The notes beneath the pieces are model-generated. The model was not told the DNA's origin. It saw only the letters and a program-made list of their open reading frames with translations, and did not search any database. Shown here in pieces: positions 54,755-61,419 of a stretch of 64,000 bases of DNA (positions are counted from its first letter, which is position 1; each line of letters begins with the position of its first letter). The DNA is from Octopus bimaculoides (taxonomy: Eukaryota). The translations under genes were made by a program, and so were the position numbers. Location of the stretch: positions 27,754,769-27,818,768 of the forward strand of contig NC_068982.1 of assembly GCF_001194135.2 (NCBI RefSeq). Direction: 5' to 3'.

Positions 54755-57700
54755 GTAAAGAAGAGTAAAGAAGGAATGAAAGAAAATTTATTAAAATTAT
54801 TCCAAGAACAATAAATATTTAAAATGGAAATCGTTGATATTTAGATACTTTTGGAAAATGATATTATATACATGTTTAAAGAAAAGTAGTAATGTGCCTG
54901 AACACTGGATTCTGCCCCATAAGATGGATAGGAATGGAATTTATGGAGGAATAATTGGGCAATAGGTTTACTTTGGGTATTGCTGCTTGTGAGATGCAGT
55001 AGGGCAAGTAGAAAAGGTGTGTATCAGTGGGTAAGTGTTTGGTAGAGCTGAGTACCATAACCATACAGATGGCCACTGGGAGTGGAGGGAAACTAAAGAT
55101 GATTGTTATGACTGATTCAACATCTTTGGGCTATTGGAAGTTGGTGGGTGAAAGAAGTGAAAGTCATGCAGTTGCATATATTCTTGTGTTAAGAGATAGA
55201 TTAAAGCATTTGATAAGGATAGGAACTGGTTTCTGAGAGAACTGTGTAATTGAATGAAGAATTATAAAATTTTACCCGAAAGAAATATATATCTAACAAG
55301 TTTTGTGTAAATATTTCACAATCTATTCTAAAATGCATAAAAGAAAGAAAAAGATCACATACTCTGATATTCTACGTCTGCTTCCTGGTTTGCAAGATTG
55401 ATTGCAGCTTGAACTTCATCTTTATCTAAGAAAACATCGCCACCATTATTGTTCTGTGCAAATAAAATATATCAAGAAGGTATGAAAAACAGTTGTCAAG
55501 AAAAATGTAAAGGATAGATTTTATAAGTTGAGATAATATAAGAGTTGCAGCTAGCAGCAGTTCATTCACGTGTATAAATCCTTGAAGATCAATATCTTTA
55601 CCCGTTGAAAAGATTTTTTTTTGGGGGGGGGGAGAATGAGGTGGGAATTTTCCACCTATTAACAAAGTTTTTTTTTCCTAACAAAAGCAGTTTAGATTGT
55701 GAGGAATTTTTTCTTCTTCTGATTTTATGATATTGAGTGCTGTAATGTTTCAGCTATCAAAACTCTTAAATGTATTTCAACATCATTAGGATGCAATTTG
55801 CAGTGTAATTATTTTTCAGATCATATCCATTATATTAGCAATCACATCTGCATTGAAGGGAGTATAGGTATAATTCTTTTACAGTCCCAGTATTCTGAAT
55901 AAGCTATATCGGTAATTTATGCAGTGAATGATCTCTACCAAATCATTTTTTTTTAAATAGAAGAAACCTAAAATTAAAAATGAATGAAGCACCATGTAAG
56001 GCTAAGTACTGTATTACTAACAACATAGTAGAAGTTGAACTCTTATTACTGTCATCATATTGCAGGCATCTAACTGATTGTCCTAGCTTTATTGTTTGAG
56101 CAGTAAATAACCTCCAGCCCTCTGTACACCACAGATGAATGATTTTAAATAAAAAGAGCATCTAGCAGGAAAAACAACTGCTTCAGCAAATAGACTATAC
56201 CACACTTTACAAGCATGTGAAAGTGGTTCTAAAAGTTAATACTTGTTTTATATTTTATGAAATACTATTGAAGACTTGTTGGCATTAATAAATAAGAAAC
56301 CTGCAGTAACAGAGCTAAATAACACACACGTAAAATTTCAAATTCTAAAACCTATCATATATATTCAATGATAACACAATAAAGCAATAACTAATCACAA
56401 TCATACACATTCCTTCGAAGCTGGTAGGGTGCATGGCTGCACAGTTGTTGTAATAGTGTGGTACACATCAAAATGTAACCACTCATACTTCACAAACGTG
56501 TTTCATAAGCTGCATGAAAGTTTCAATGCTATGCACTACCTTTGAATTTAAAATGTTTTGGCTCAAAGCATCAAAAGTTGCTCTCTCTGGCAGGGAAAAA
56601 CTAGAAGGAACATTGATTAAAAGTAAATTTTTGCAATTTGTTTTGCGTTTATCAAACCTTCCTCCACACTTCTTATCTTTATGTGAAACTTTAATGAGAA
56701 TTTCCATGTAATGGTACAACTAAAGATTAAAGACAAAATTATTTTACTTTATAAGCAAGACTCCTTACTAATAATGCTGAAAACAGATACAATATCAGAT
56801 TTTTTCTTTCCATGAAATACCAACTAATAACTAAATTAAGCATTGACCATACAAATTTCACCTATTTAAATCAAAATGCTACTATTATTTTTATAGGTTC
56901 TACCATTATTTAACTAAGAAATAAATAATTTAAGTATTCTATAGAATAGACCAGAGAGTAAAATATTGCTTTGCTTTCCAATTTATCATTATAGCATTTT
57001 TATCATAAGGAACAATGTTGAGAGCTGGTCTACCCATATAAAACTACCATCACTACTTAGATGTTATTACTACTAATAACCCTTTCACTGTGAAATTAAA
57101 TTTCATGATTATTTCAGTAATGATGCTAAACATCATCCAAAAAATATTCTGCAAGTGACATTGCTTCAATAAATTTTACATATTTCAACAGAAAATAATT
57201 AAAAACATAACATTCCCAACAAAAGAAAGACTGATATATAAAACTTTTCTGCATTAAAAGGGTTAATAGCAGATTTAATTTGAGAAAGTTTACATGAAAC
57301 TACTAAAATAAATATTTACTTTTTTCAGTTCAAGTGTGTCTTGCAGACATTTCATATAGAAGTCAATGTTGTTGAGGTTTACATTCTTCAGTGATAGAAA
57401 ACCTGATGTGAGAGCATTAATCAAAGAATCACGATCCATTTTTTGAAGAGCATCATTGATCCAAGTCAATGATGTGTAAACTGAAAAATATCAAAAGAAC
57501 AAATCGGGAATTATACATTTTGCTTAAATTTTTTAATATAAACAAATAAATGAAATCCTTAATACTATAATTCTTAGTCTGCTCAACTGCTCATATTCTA
57601 GTCATAAGCTGAACAGTTTTAACTTCAACATACAAGAAAAAAAAATGGATATAGAAATTAGCTTAAATCACTATGATCAATATTGATTGTGTCAATTTCT

Positions 57701-58138
57701 CTTATTTCCTTTCATTGTATCTACTTAACTGATAGCAGAAACTGGATTGTGTGGAAATGTTATTAAGAGCAAGAAATAAAGGGATTCTTGAGTATTAAAG
57801 CTTTAGCATTACTTTGAAAAGTACTAAATCCTTTAATGACTGATAGTTACTTCATGAAGTTTGAAACTTTAATCAACCAAATTTAATCTGTATGAATTAT
57901 GATAATTTTATAATGGAACATGTTTATAGAGAATCTTTCACTCTGATGCATTTTTATTTTTGTACATGTCACATTAATATTTTAAAAAGAAATTTAACAA
58001 AATAACTTAGTGCATTTCCATAGAAAATATAAGAATTGTTGACTCACCATTGACTTGGTTTATATATCCTTGAATCTCAGCTTGAGTTAAGAGTTCATCA
58101 TAGACATCTGCCTCATATGTACTGTTAGGATCAATGAA
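4348..58138 (-). CDS. IQGAP1: IQGAP-family Ras GTPase-activating-like scaffold protein, 5'-partial spliced CDS (33 exons, 1381 aa in window)
   Basis: Manual splicing gives an uninterrupted frame with IQGAP hallmarks: DVYDELLTQAEIQG, WW, 4 IQ motifs, IVTGNP, YYRYINSAIVAPDAFD, DIRNQRRYR, DLLQLQYEGVAVM...NRKFYGR*. Family assignment is secure; IQGAP1 is used as the label for a likely single invertebrate orthologue of IQGAP1/2/3. Confidence 0.96.
5502..6967 (-). mobile_element. Full-length decayed mariner element with ~31-bp TIRs and TA target duplication
   Basis: Left TIR TCTGGTCATTAAGAATGAAATGTCCGATTTT (5502-5532); right TIR 6937-6967 is its reverse complement with 2 mismatches; TA at 5500-5501 and 6968-6969. 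ORF 5614-6426 has IVTCNEKW, LLQDNAQSH and YSPDLAPTDYHIF. Length is 1232 bp after removing the SINE insert. Confidence 0.93.
6060..6276 (+). mobile_element. tRNA-type SINE (family B) nested in the mariner transposase
   Basis: B-box-like GAGTTTAAATTCC and body GAGGTCGACCTTGCCTTTCATCC shared with copies near 28150-28310, 40670-40800, 41560-41720 and 42980-43120; 17-bp TSD at 6043-6059 / 6277-6293 with 2 mismatches. Confidence 0.85.
7560..7668 (-). CDS. IQGAP1: IQGAP exon 32 (109 nt): FKNVLFEISNTEKTGVFEVNAKFLGVHMEKVELVFQ
   Basis: CAG/GTAAGA, phase 2 to 0. Confidence 0.96.
8100..8330 (+). mobile_element. CR1/L2-type LINE 3' remnant
   Basis: Translates to TQSFLPRIPAFWNSL, resembling the SFFPRT..LWNSLP C-terminal motif of CR1/L2/Jockey ORF2. 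Confidence 0.55.
8679..8801 (-). CDS. IQGAP1: IQGAP exon 31 (123 nt): NRKSRSFTLFRKDDNLTTVKYSAAQLYEKGLILEIEDLAVNQ
   Basis: CAG/GTAAGT, phase 2 to 2. Confidence 0.96.
10569..10735 (-). CDS. IQGAP1: IQGAP exon 30 (167 nt): DIRNQRRYRNTRRQELIRLRSAVKSLHNKRAFYEEQIDYYNLYVKTCLDNMAHKE
   Basis: TAG/GTTAGT, phase 0 to 2. Confidence 0.97.
11651..11765 (-). CDS. IQGAP1: IQGAP exon 29 (115 nt): LPLEMMKGKIKKNLQNLELANLVTRKNKYQDIINSIAR
   Basis: TAG/GTAAAA, phase 2 to 0; RasGAP_C region. Confidence 0.96.
12122..12249. mobile_element. Tc1/pogo (Tigger-like) palindromic MITE
   Basis: TA-CAGTAGTACCT...AGGTACTACTG-TA termini; internal arms CTCTGATCACGAATAAAT / ATTTATTCGTGATCAGAG. Confidence 0.75.
12714..12817 (-). 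CDS. IQGAP1: IQGAP exon 28 (104 nt): EDIHQALIKKRDMIDKKASNQGKLERQTSLLGDNR
   Basis: CAG/GTAAGT, phase 0 to 2. Confidence 0.94.
13087..13938 (+). repeat. ~64-bp imperfect direct repeats (13087-13150, 13876-13938) flanking a GC-richer insert
   Basis: ATTTATTCTTAATG..TTCTGGCAGATTCAAAT...GTTGCTGTTG.GTACAT in both copies. Confidence 0.8.
14049..14136 (-). CDS. IQGAP1: IQGAP exon 27 (88 nt): TKKMIVDVIACQSGETLSQILEVPSTDEQ
   Basis: TAG/GTAAGG, phase 2 to 0. Confidence 0.95.
14691..14835 (-). CDS. IQGAP1: IQGAP exon 26 (145 nt): GAEINAGGEDGLDESVRAQLAKTEITLTLMNKFEVPDDDMSDIKGMMIR
   Basis: TAG/GTAATT, phase 1 to 2. Confidence 0.95.
15748..15850 (-). CDS. IQGAP1: IQGAP exon 25 (103 nt): LLLKHQDTISPDHNDPLNELLEDLGECPTVDALL
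   Basis: CAG/GTAAGA, phase 0 to 1. Confidence 0.96.
16410..16542 (-). CDS. IQGAP1: IQGAP exon 24 (133 nt): KNFFQMACEVEDLENKFNIDQYTDATMVSKPVIYMSVQEICDTHQ
   Basis: CAG/GTTAGT, phase 2 to 0. Confidence 0.96.
16611..16790 (-). mobile_element. piggyBac-like MITE copy, decayed
   Basis: Ends GGTTTAAATGCTAAAGGGTTA; same interior as the other copies. Confidence 0.68.
17079..17146 (-). CDS. IQGAP1: IQGAP exon 23 (68 nt): FAGDSSHLSCMNDYIREAHKKF
   Basis: TAG/GTAAGT, phase 0 to 2. Confidence 0.94.
17482..17646 (-). CDS. IQGAP1: IQGAP exon 22 (165 nt): IVGNLIYYRYINSAIVAPDAFDII...QRRNLGSIAKILQFAASNKG
   Basis: CAG/GTGAGA, phase 0 to 0; IQGAP YYR signature. Confidence 0.97.
21146..21230 (-). CDS. IQGAP1: IQGAP exon 21 (85 nt): YGMRYMAKVLKAALWKKFPLAPEKDVLK
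   Basis: TAG/GTATGT, phase 2 to 0. Confidence 0.96.
22534..22674 (-). CDS. IQGAP1: IQGAP exon 20 (141 nt): SGLAYNVTSEQAMKHSEV...TDKFLITITQSLDKIP
   Basis: CAG/GTAAGT, phase 2 to 2. Confidence 0.95.
23120..23472 (+). mobile_element. tRNA-type SINE (family A head with family C-type tail)
   Basis: AAGTTTGCTTCCCAACTACATGGGTTTGAGTTCAGTCCCA head; CCATGCAAGCATGGAAGAGTGGACATTAA tail. Confidence 0.75.
24301..24450 (-). CDS. IQGAP1: IQGAP exon 19 (150 nt): NPRGQSALRELLHPLIKEVLDDK...NTNPVEVYKSWINQTESQTGQA
   Basis: CAG/GTATTG, phase 2 to 2. Confidence 0.96.
25416..25490 (-). CDS. IQGAP1: IQGAP exon 18 (75 nt): TSKVDKMSDIVTGNPMIIKMIVGFNR
   Basis: TAG/GTAATT, phase 2 to 2. Confidence 0.96.
26198..26414. 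other. Assembly gap (217 N) next to (TA)n; further gaps at 8850-8859, 41082-41116, 46998-47007
   Basis: N runs in the sequence. Confidence 0.99.
33224..33522 (-). CDS. IQGAP1: IQGAP exon 17 (299 nt): DVVFHNHKLKK...KLDAYQHLFYLLQTNPTYLAKLIF...LFKTALEEEI
   Basis: TAG/GTAAGT, phase 0 to 2; start of the GAP-related domain. Confidence 0.97.
34900..35080 (+). mobile_element. piggyBac-like MITE copy, opposite orientation, truncated
   Basis: Starts TTAACCCTTTAGCATTTAAATCGGCCATATCCGGCC. Confidence 0.72.
35300..35421 (-). CDS. IQGAP1: IQGAP exon 16 (122 nt): ELQKLRQQVGSEIRSNQQLENDLNQMDIKIGLLIKNRITLQ
   Basis: TAG/GTAAGA, phase 1 to 0. Confidence 0.96.
35479..35788 (+). mobile_element. tRNA-type SINE (family A head with family C-type tail)
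   Basis: GCAGGAATGGCTGTGTG...AAGTTTGCTTCCCAA head; GGCATCTGGCTGTAGAAA...CCATGCAAGTATGGA tail. Confidence 0.78.
36660..36746 (-). CDS. IQGAP1: IQGAP exon 15 (87 nt): VYDDNPPLSVVRKFVHLLDASDADYAEEL
   Basis: TAG/GTAAGT, phase 1 to 1. Confidence 0.96.
36921..37312 (+). mobile_element. tRNA-type SINE (family A)
   Basis: GGCATGGCTGTGTGGTTAAG...AGGTTCAATCC head, central microsatellite, ATGACTGAAA tail. Confidence 0.82.
37526..37724. repeat. ~200-bp long inverted repeat (foldback)
   Basis: 31-bp perfect arms 37557-37587 / 37662-37692, plus inner arms (TCTAACCACATGAAATATTT) and outer arms (ACAATTATAAATAAG). Confidence 0.9.
37931..38000 (-). CDS. IQGAP1: IQGAP exon 14 (70 nt), IQ4: ENSIVKIQAFVRSTLARHDYKSL
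   Basis: Less common AAG acceptor (TTTTCAAG), donor GTAAGT; phase 0 to 1. Confidence 0.92.
38955..39026 (-). CDS. IQGAP1: IQGAP exon 13 (72 nt), IQ3: LQALTRMYLTRKRYRERLKYFKDN
   Basis: TAG/GTAAGT, phase 0 to 0. Confidence 0.94.
39298..39381 (-). CDS. IQGAP1: IQGAP exon 12 (84 nt), IQ2: AYWRGSRQRNLYKTRKQYLKQNGPAVLK
   Basis: CAG/GTAAAT, phase 0 to 0. Confidence 0.94.
39753..39923 (-). CDS. IQGAP1: IQGAP exon 11 (171 nt), IQ1: SVLTEIQENYDRELLFKANEGFIILVQALIRGYLVRK...ITKIQ
   Basis: CAG/GTAAAT, phase 0 to 0; VQALIRGYLVRK IQ motif. Confidence 0.95.
40872..41530. mobile_element. Interspersed repeat flanked by (AAT)n tracts, interrupted by a gap
   Basis: GC-richer block bounded by TAATAAT repeats at both ends; I recognise it as a recurrent octopus-type repeat, class uncertain. 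Confidence 0.55.
41922..42453 (-). mobile_element. Possible non-autonomous Helitron-like element
   Basis: Minus strand starts TCATTTATAATAATAAAAGC...TTCTGTCTGTCCGTCT and ends with an imperfect hairpin (AAAAGTCTGCA...TGCGGCTTTT) followed by CTAG|T. Confidence 0.42.
43545..43687 (-). CDS. IQGAP1: IQGAP exon 10 (143 nt), WW domain: GETGTGWMMNRSPEGFKFFYNVITGDYTW...LTKEEIQ
   Basis: TAG/GTATTT, phase 1 to 0; W...FFYN...TW pattern. Confidence 0.95.
44415..44582 (-). CDS. IQGAP1: IQGAP exon 9 (168 nt): MSLGIKDINANLNQDSSDVLLQSLQ...RSEKETL
   Basis: CAG/GTAATA, phase 1 to 1. Confidence 0.92.
45355..45445 (-). CDS. IQGAP1: IQGAP exon 8 (91 nt): QSQDEDTLLWLEEIQETIFEANEDEEKAVE
   Basis: CAG/GTATAT, phase 0 to 1; LWLEEIQ motif. 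Confidence 0.93.
45639..45802 (-). CDS. IQGAP1: IQGAP exon 7 (164 nt): RVCAIGTINDAISNGDEQAVLAALQLPAAQL...KKNKKAL
   Basis: CAG/GTAAAT, phase 1 to 0. Confidence 0.93.
46500..46717 (-). mobile_element. piggyBac-like MITE copy
   Basis: Ends AAATGCTAAAGGGTTAA; the other end is degenerate (TTAATCTTTTAGCACT). Confidence 0.72.
47557..47843 (+). mobile_element. Young SINE/LINE-tail element (family C) ending in (GAT)n
   Basis: CpG-rich; GGTTGGCGTTAGGAAGGGCATCCAGCTGTAGAAAC...CCAACCCATGCTAGCATGGA...CGTTAAACGATGATGAT. Decayed copies near 7030-7165, 43340-43405, 62320-62460 (+) and 47150-47300, 62995-63140 (-). Confidence 0.85.
48088..48169 (-). CDS. IQGAP1: IQGAP exon 6 (82 nt): LPCEQLTHHEIVMAVEKVHQQVQQEHE
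   Basis: TAG/GTAAGT, phase 0 to 1. Confidence 0.9.
48861..49024 (-). CDS. IQGAP1: IQGAP exon 5 (164 nt): ILSAIAAINSAIDRRNSHATFTALSDPNAHIP...KEKQKKIE
   Basis: TAG/GTGAGT, phase 1 to 0. Confidence 0.92.
49432..49570 (-). mobile_element. piggyBac-like MITE copy, partial
   Basis: Ends GGTTTAAATGCTAAAGAGCTA; same interior. Confidence 0.65.
49748..50153 (-). mobile_element. Near-intact tRNA-type SINE (family A)
   Basis: Minus-strand head GGCGCAGGAGTGGCTGTGTGGTAAG (A box) and GGGTTCATTCCC (B box); central (TA/CA)n; tail GAAACAAGTAAAAGAGTAAAAGAG; CpGs retained. Confidence 0.88.
51900..52330 (-). mobile_element. Possible decayed LINE endonuclease fragment
   Basis: Minus frame HNLMPGDFIKSAMVQW resembles the APE I.GDFN...W motif; many stops. 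Confidence 0.3.
52549..52749 (-). CDS. IQGAP1: IQGAP exon 4 (201 nt): KQVAVKNINLAIENTDAEQLMKALQNPAAQL...EYHEIFNAVK
   Basis: CAG/GTAAAT, phase 1 to 1; contained in ORF 52523-53008. Confidence 0.92.
54153..54200. repeat. (CA)n microsatellite
   Basis: Direct reading. (TA)n tracts also occur near 26156, 26651, 46960, 53258, 54703, 60250 and 63965. Confidence 0.95.
54880..55240 (-). mobile_element. Decayed LINE reverse-transcriptase fragment
   Basis: Minus frame PVPILIKCFNLSLNTRIY resembles the P.L..LFN.SL.TG motif of CR1/L2-type RT; heavily disrupted. Confidence 0.42.
55363..55453 (-). CDS. IQGAP1: IQGAP exon 3 (91 nt): NNNGGDVFLDKDEVQAAINLANQEADVEYQ
   Basis: CAG/GTATGT, phase 0 to 1. Confidence 0.88.
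57320..57480 (-). CDS. IQGAP1: IQGAP exon 2 (161 nt): VYTSLTWINDALQKMDRDSLINALTSGFLSLKNVNLNNIDFYMKCLQDTLELKK
   Basis: CAG/GTAAAT, phase 1 to 0, IQGAP-repeat-like. Confidence 0.9.
58048..58138 (-). CDS. IQGAP1: IQGAP exon 1 of window (91 nt): FIDPNSTYEADVYDELLTQAEIQGYINQVN
   Basis: TAG acceptor after T-tract, donor GTGAGT; phase 0 to 1; matches the IQGAP repeat motif DVYEELLTQAEIQG. Confidence 0.93.
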
Positions 58139-58157
58139 CTAAAAAAAATGATATAAT

Positions 58158-58385
58158 TTAACCCTTTAATACTCAGATTACTTTGTCAAATGTAATGCTT
58201 ATTTATTCACATTGTTTTGAATTAATCATGCATTATTTTGTGGCTTTGAGATTTAAGTGATGCGATTGTCTATTTTTAGAGTGACATGTAAGATAGGGGT
58301 GAGAGGCTGGATCTAGTCAGTTTGCAAATAAAACAAGTAGGATATTTCAGGTTGGATATGGCCAGTTTAAATGTTAAAGGGTTGA
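58158..58385 (-). mobile_element. piggyBac-like MITE (TTAA + CCCTTT termini)
   Basis: Begins TTAACCCTTTAATACT and ends AATGTTAAAGGGTTGA; interior shared with the copies at 16611, 34900, 46500 and 49432. Confidence 0.72.
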
Positions 58386-60243
58386 TTAGAATTAAACAAC
58401 AGAACAATAATTAAAATTGCATTTTACATCTCTGAAATTGCTTATTACTAAAAGTTTTAGTTAACCAGACTTATTCTACACATTGTTTTTCTAACTATAC
58501 CACATTTCTAATGATACACTATACAATAATGGTCCTACATCATTATTTTATAGTTGGTTTTTCCATGCCTGAATGAACAAAAGTTTTCTCCATTACAGTC
58601 TCACCACTTATTGCAGTCTTTAATCATCTCTTCTGTGAGGTTCAATCCTAAGTTTAGCCCTAATCCCTTTTTTCCCTATGTCTTCAACAGTCTACCTATT
58701 CTGCAGGTTTGTTTCTCTTGGATCATTAAGCACTTTGTTTTGCTCCAATACCATCCTCCATATACACCACTTGTCCAAACCAGCACACAACTACAAAAAC
58801 TCTTCTGTTCTCTTGCATACAACTACTGCAACTTATTTTAAGTTTTTTCCCCTCAACTCACAACACAACTTCTTACACCCAGTTTTCTTTTGTTTTAATC
58901 AATTCATTTGTAATCTACATCCATTCACACTAACATTACATACTCCACATTCAATGCCATGCATTACTATCATGCAATATTGCACTTCGAACACAAACAT
59001 CATACAATTTATCATCCAAGTATCAAAGAGAATCCCTTTATTGTCAGCAGAAGTAACAGCTCCTAAATATGTTTTAATTGATTTTGAAATCCCTAAAAAG
59101 TCTGATGTTATTTACTAAACAGCCGATCCATTAAACATAGATTCTGAATGCAAACCCAGCTGAAGATTATGTGTGTGTGTGTGTGGTCTTTTTTTGTGTT
59201 AAATATGACAATCTTTTGCCTGATTTAGCACCACCCAATAGCTGACCCTTGGGTATCTTTAGGGGAGTTCACTCTGGATCTCTTCCTCTCAACAGTCTTG
59301 GAGGACCTAAAAGGAAAGCAGCCATGAGAACTGCCATTCTTCCTCCAGCCAAACTATTAAAAAATTATTTTACCATGCCAGAAAAGGTTGGGTAGATCCA
59401 CTCAACAAAGCAAAACAAAAAAATTTTGATTTTCATTTTATCTGTTAGGCCTATCATCCTAAGATTTCATTTCCTCTTACACTTTGACCAATTCAATAGC
59501 AATTTAGGACATGTCCACAGCTTTGTAGCTTTTCTTTCACAAATAACTGATGTCTTTTAATGACCAGCTGCTTGTCCAGCTCAATTTGACTTTCACACAA
59601 GATGTTCAAAAGCCACACATCAAAAAGATTATTGCTATCTATGTTTTCTTGAGTCTTAACAGACATTCTACATTGAATGCAATGTCTCTGCTATGCAGTA
59701 ACTTATTTTATGCTTTATACAGTGCACCTTTTGCATGTGTGCATGCAAACACACACACACACATACTTAACTGAAAATATCTGATGACTGCAATAATGCT
59801 GCCATGACTGGATTTCATGAAAAGCTTCAACATTTGCTTATATATATTGCATTTTATTTATTTACATAATGGACAGGTGATATAGATTTAAAAGATAAAA
59901 ATATTCACCATTTTGTCACAAAAAGGAAAAAAAAAAAAAAAAACTATCCAAGAAGAGTCGAAAATATTCCATGAAATATCGATTTTAATTAAACATTTAT
60001 TCAAGATATGCTATAACAAACAGCAGCAGTCAGTGTCTGATGACTAATTCTCAGATATTATACTAGACATGCTGAATTGTATATATACCTTAGAGTCTTT
60101 GCTCATCATCAAATATGTAAAAAAATATGTAAAAAAATATGTAAAAAAAAACTGCATATCTAGTTTACTATATTTTGTCAGCTATATTATGTTGTAGATA
60201 CAAATCTTCCAAGAGATAACACATTGTATATATTTTCTCTCTC

Positions 60244-60279
<36 letters not shown>

Positions 60280-60920
60280 GAATATATTTTAATAGATAAT
60301 TTTTTTTATGCAGCTGCTGTGAGATAATCATCATGCACGAGTAAATGTTTTTAGATGCTTACCAGAAAACTAAGTATGAAAAGTATAAACATCTGTTTCC
60401 ACACACAAATTTGTTACAACACCTTTTCAGATAACACTTATGATGACCATCTTAAAGGGGCTTATTACTTTTATATACTACTACAGTCATCTCCCAAACC
60501 TATCAAATTGCCAAAAATCTGTTACTCTATTTTTGTCTAATTTGTTAGCTTCATCTATTAATGGTAGTGAGATCAAAAAATTTGCGTTTGCATCCCCATG
60601 GTTCTTGGTTTGATCCTGCTAAATGGAATCTTGGACAAGGTCTTCAACTATTGTGTTTTGGGTTGCTCAATGCCTTTTGGAAGATGGACGCGGATGCTTG
60701 CTGTATATGTGTATACCAGCAAAAGAAAGTAAAATCCTATATATATATATACAATGAAAATGCACACAAAATACTGATGCAAACAAAACTACCTTGTGTT
60801 ATTTATTTGCCCAAGTTGCACAGAAGCTGTCTTGTTACCCTGGCCATTAGATCTTATGAACCATTTACTGATTCACTGGAAATTTATAACTAATGATACT
60901 CACCGCTGAATTTAGATGAA

Positions 60921-61419
60921 GAGGTGCTTGTCTCCCCCCTTGTAAACATAAGGACACAGGAAATGTGTCAAGGCCGATAGGAAGCAGTGCAGCTTCCTAG
61001 GTCTAACCAACAGTAGTATTATTCCCTTCAGGGGACTGTGACATTAAGTTGACAGCATACAACTACTTCATCGTATCACTACTGCATAAATCTCTCTGAG
61101 AGATTTAGAAATGTATTATTTCTAAACTTCAAATCAGTGAATATATTTCACTAGAATTATTATATGTCTACAAGAGCTCGATGGGCACTTTCGACTAGCA
61201 GGTCATGATACTCTAGACTGATGATGAGCAAAGACTCAGAAACATGTCTCTAGATGCAGGCTTAGCTGGGTGGAGGTGCTTGTCTCCCCCTTGTAAACAT
61301 AAGGACACAGGAAATGTGTCAAGGCCAACAGTAACTGGAGCAGCTTTCTAGGTCTAACCAACAGTAGTATTATTCCCTTCAGGGGACTGTCACATTAAGT
61401 TGACAGCATACAACTACTT
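60921..61419 (+). repeat. ~147-bp direct repeat, two copies (60921-61068, 61273-61419)
   Basis: Copies align almost perfectly apart from one 13-nt mismatch cluster, a 1-bp indel and two isolated substitutions. Confidence 0.92.

Noticed and set aside
60921-61068. H/ACA snoRNA interpretation of the duplicated unit (minus strand has hairpins and ...GAGACAAGC)
   Set aside because: No ANANNA H box in the hinge after the first hairpin, and the pocket-to-ACA spacing is about 20 nt rather than 14-16.
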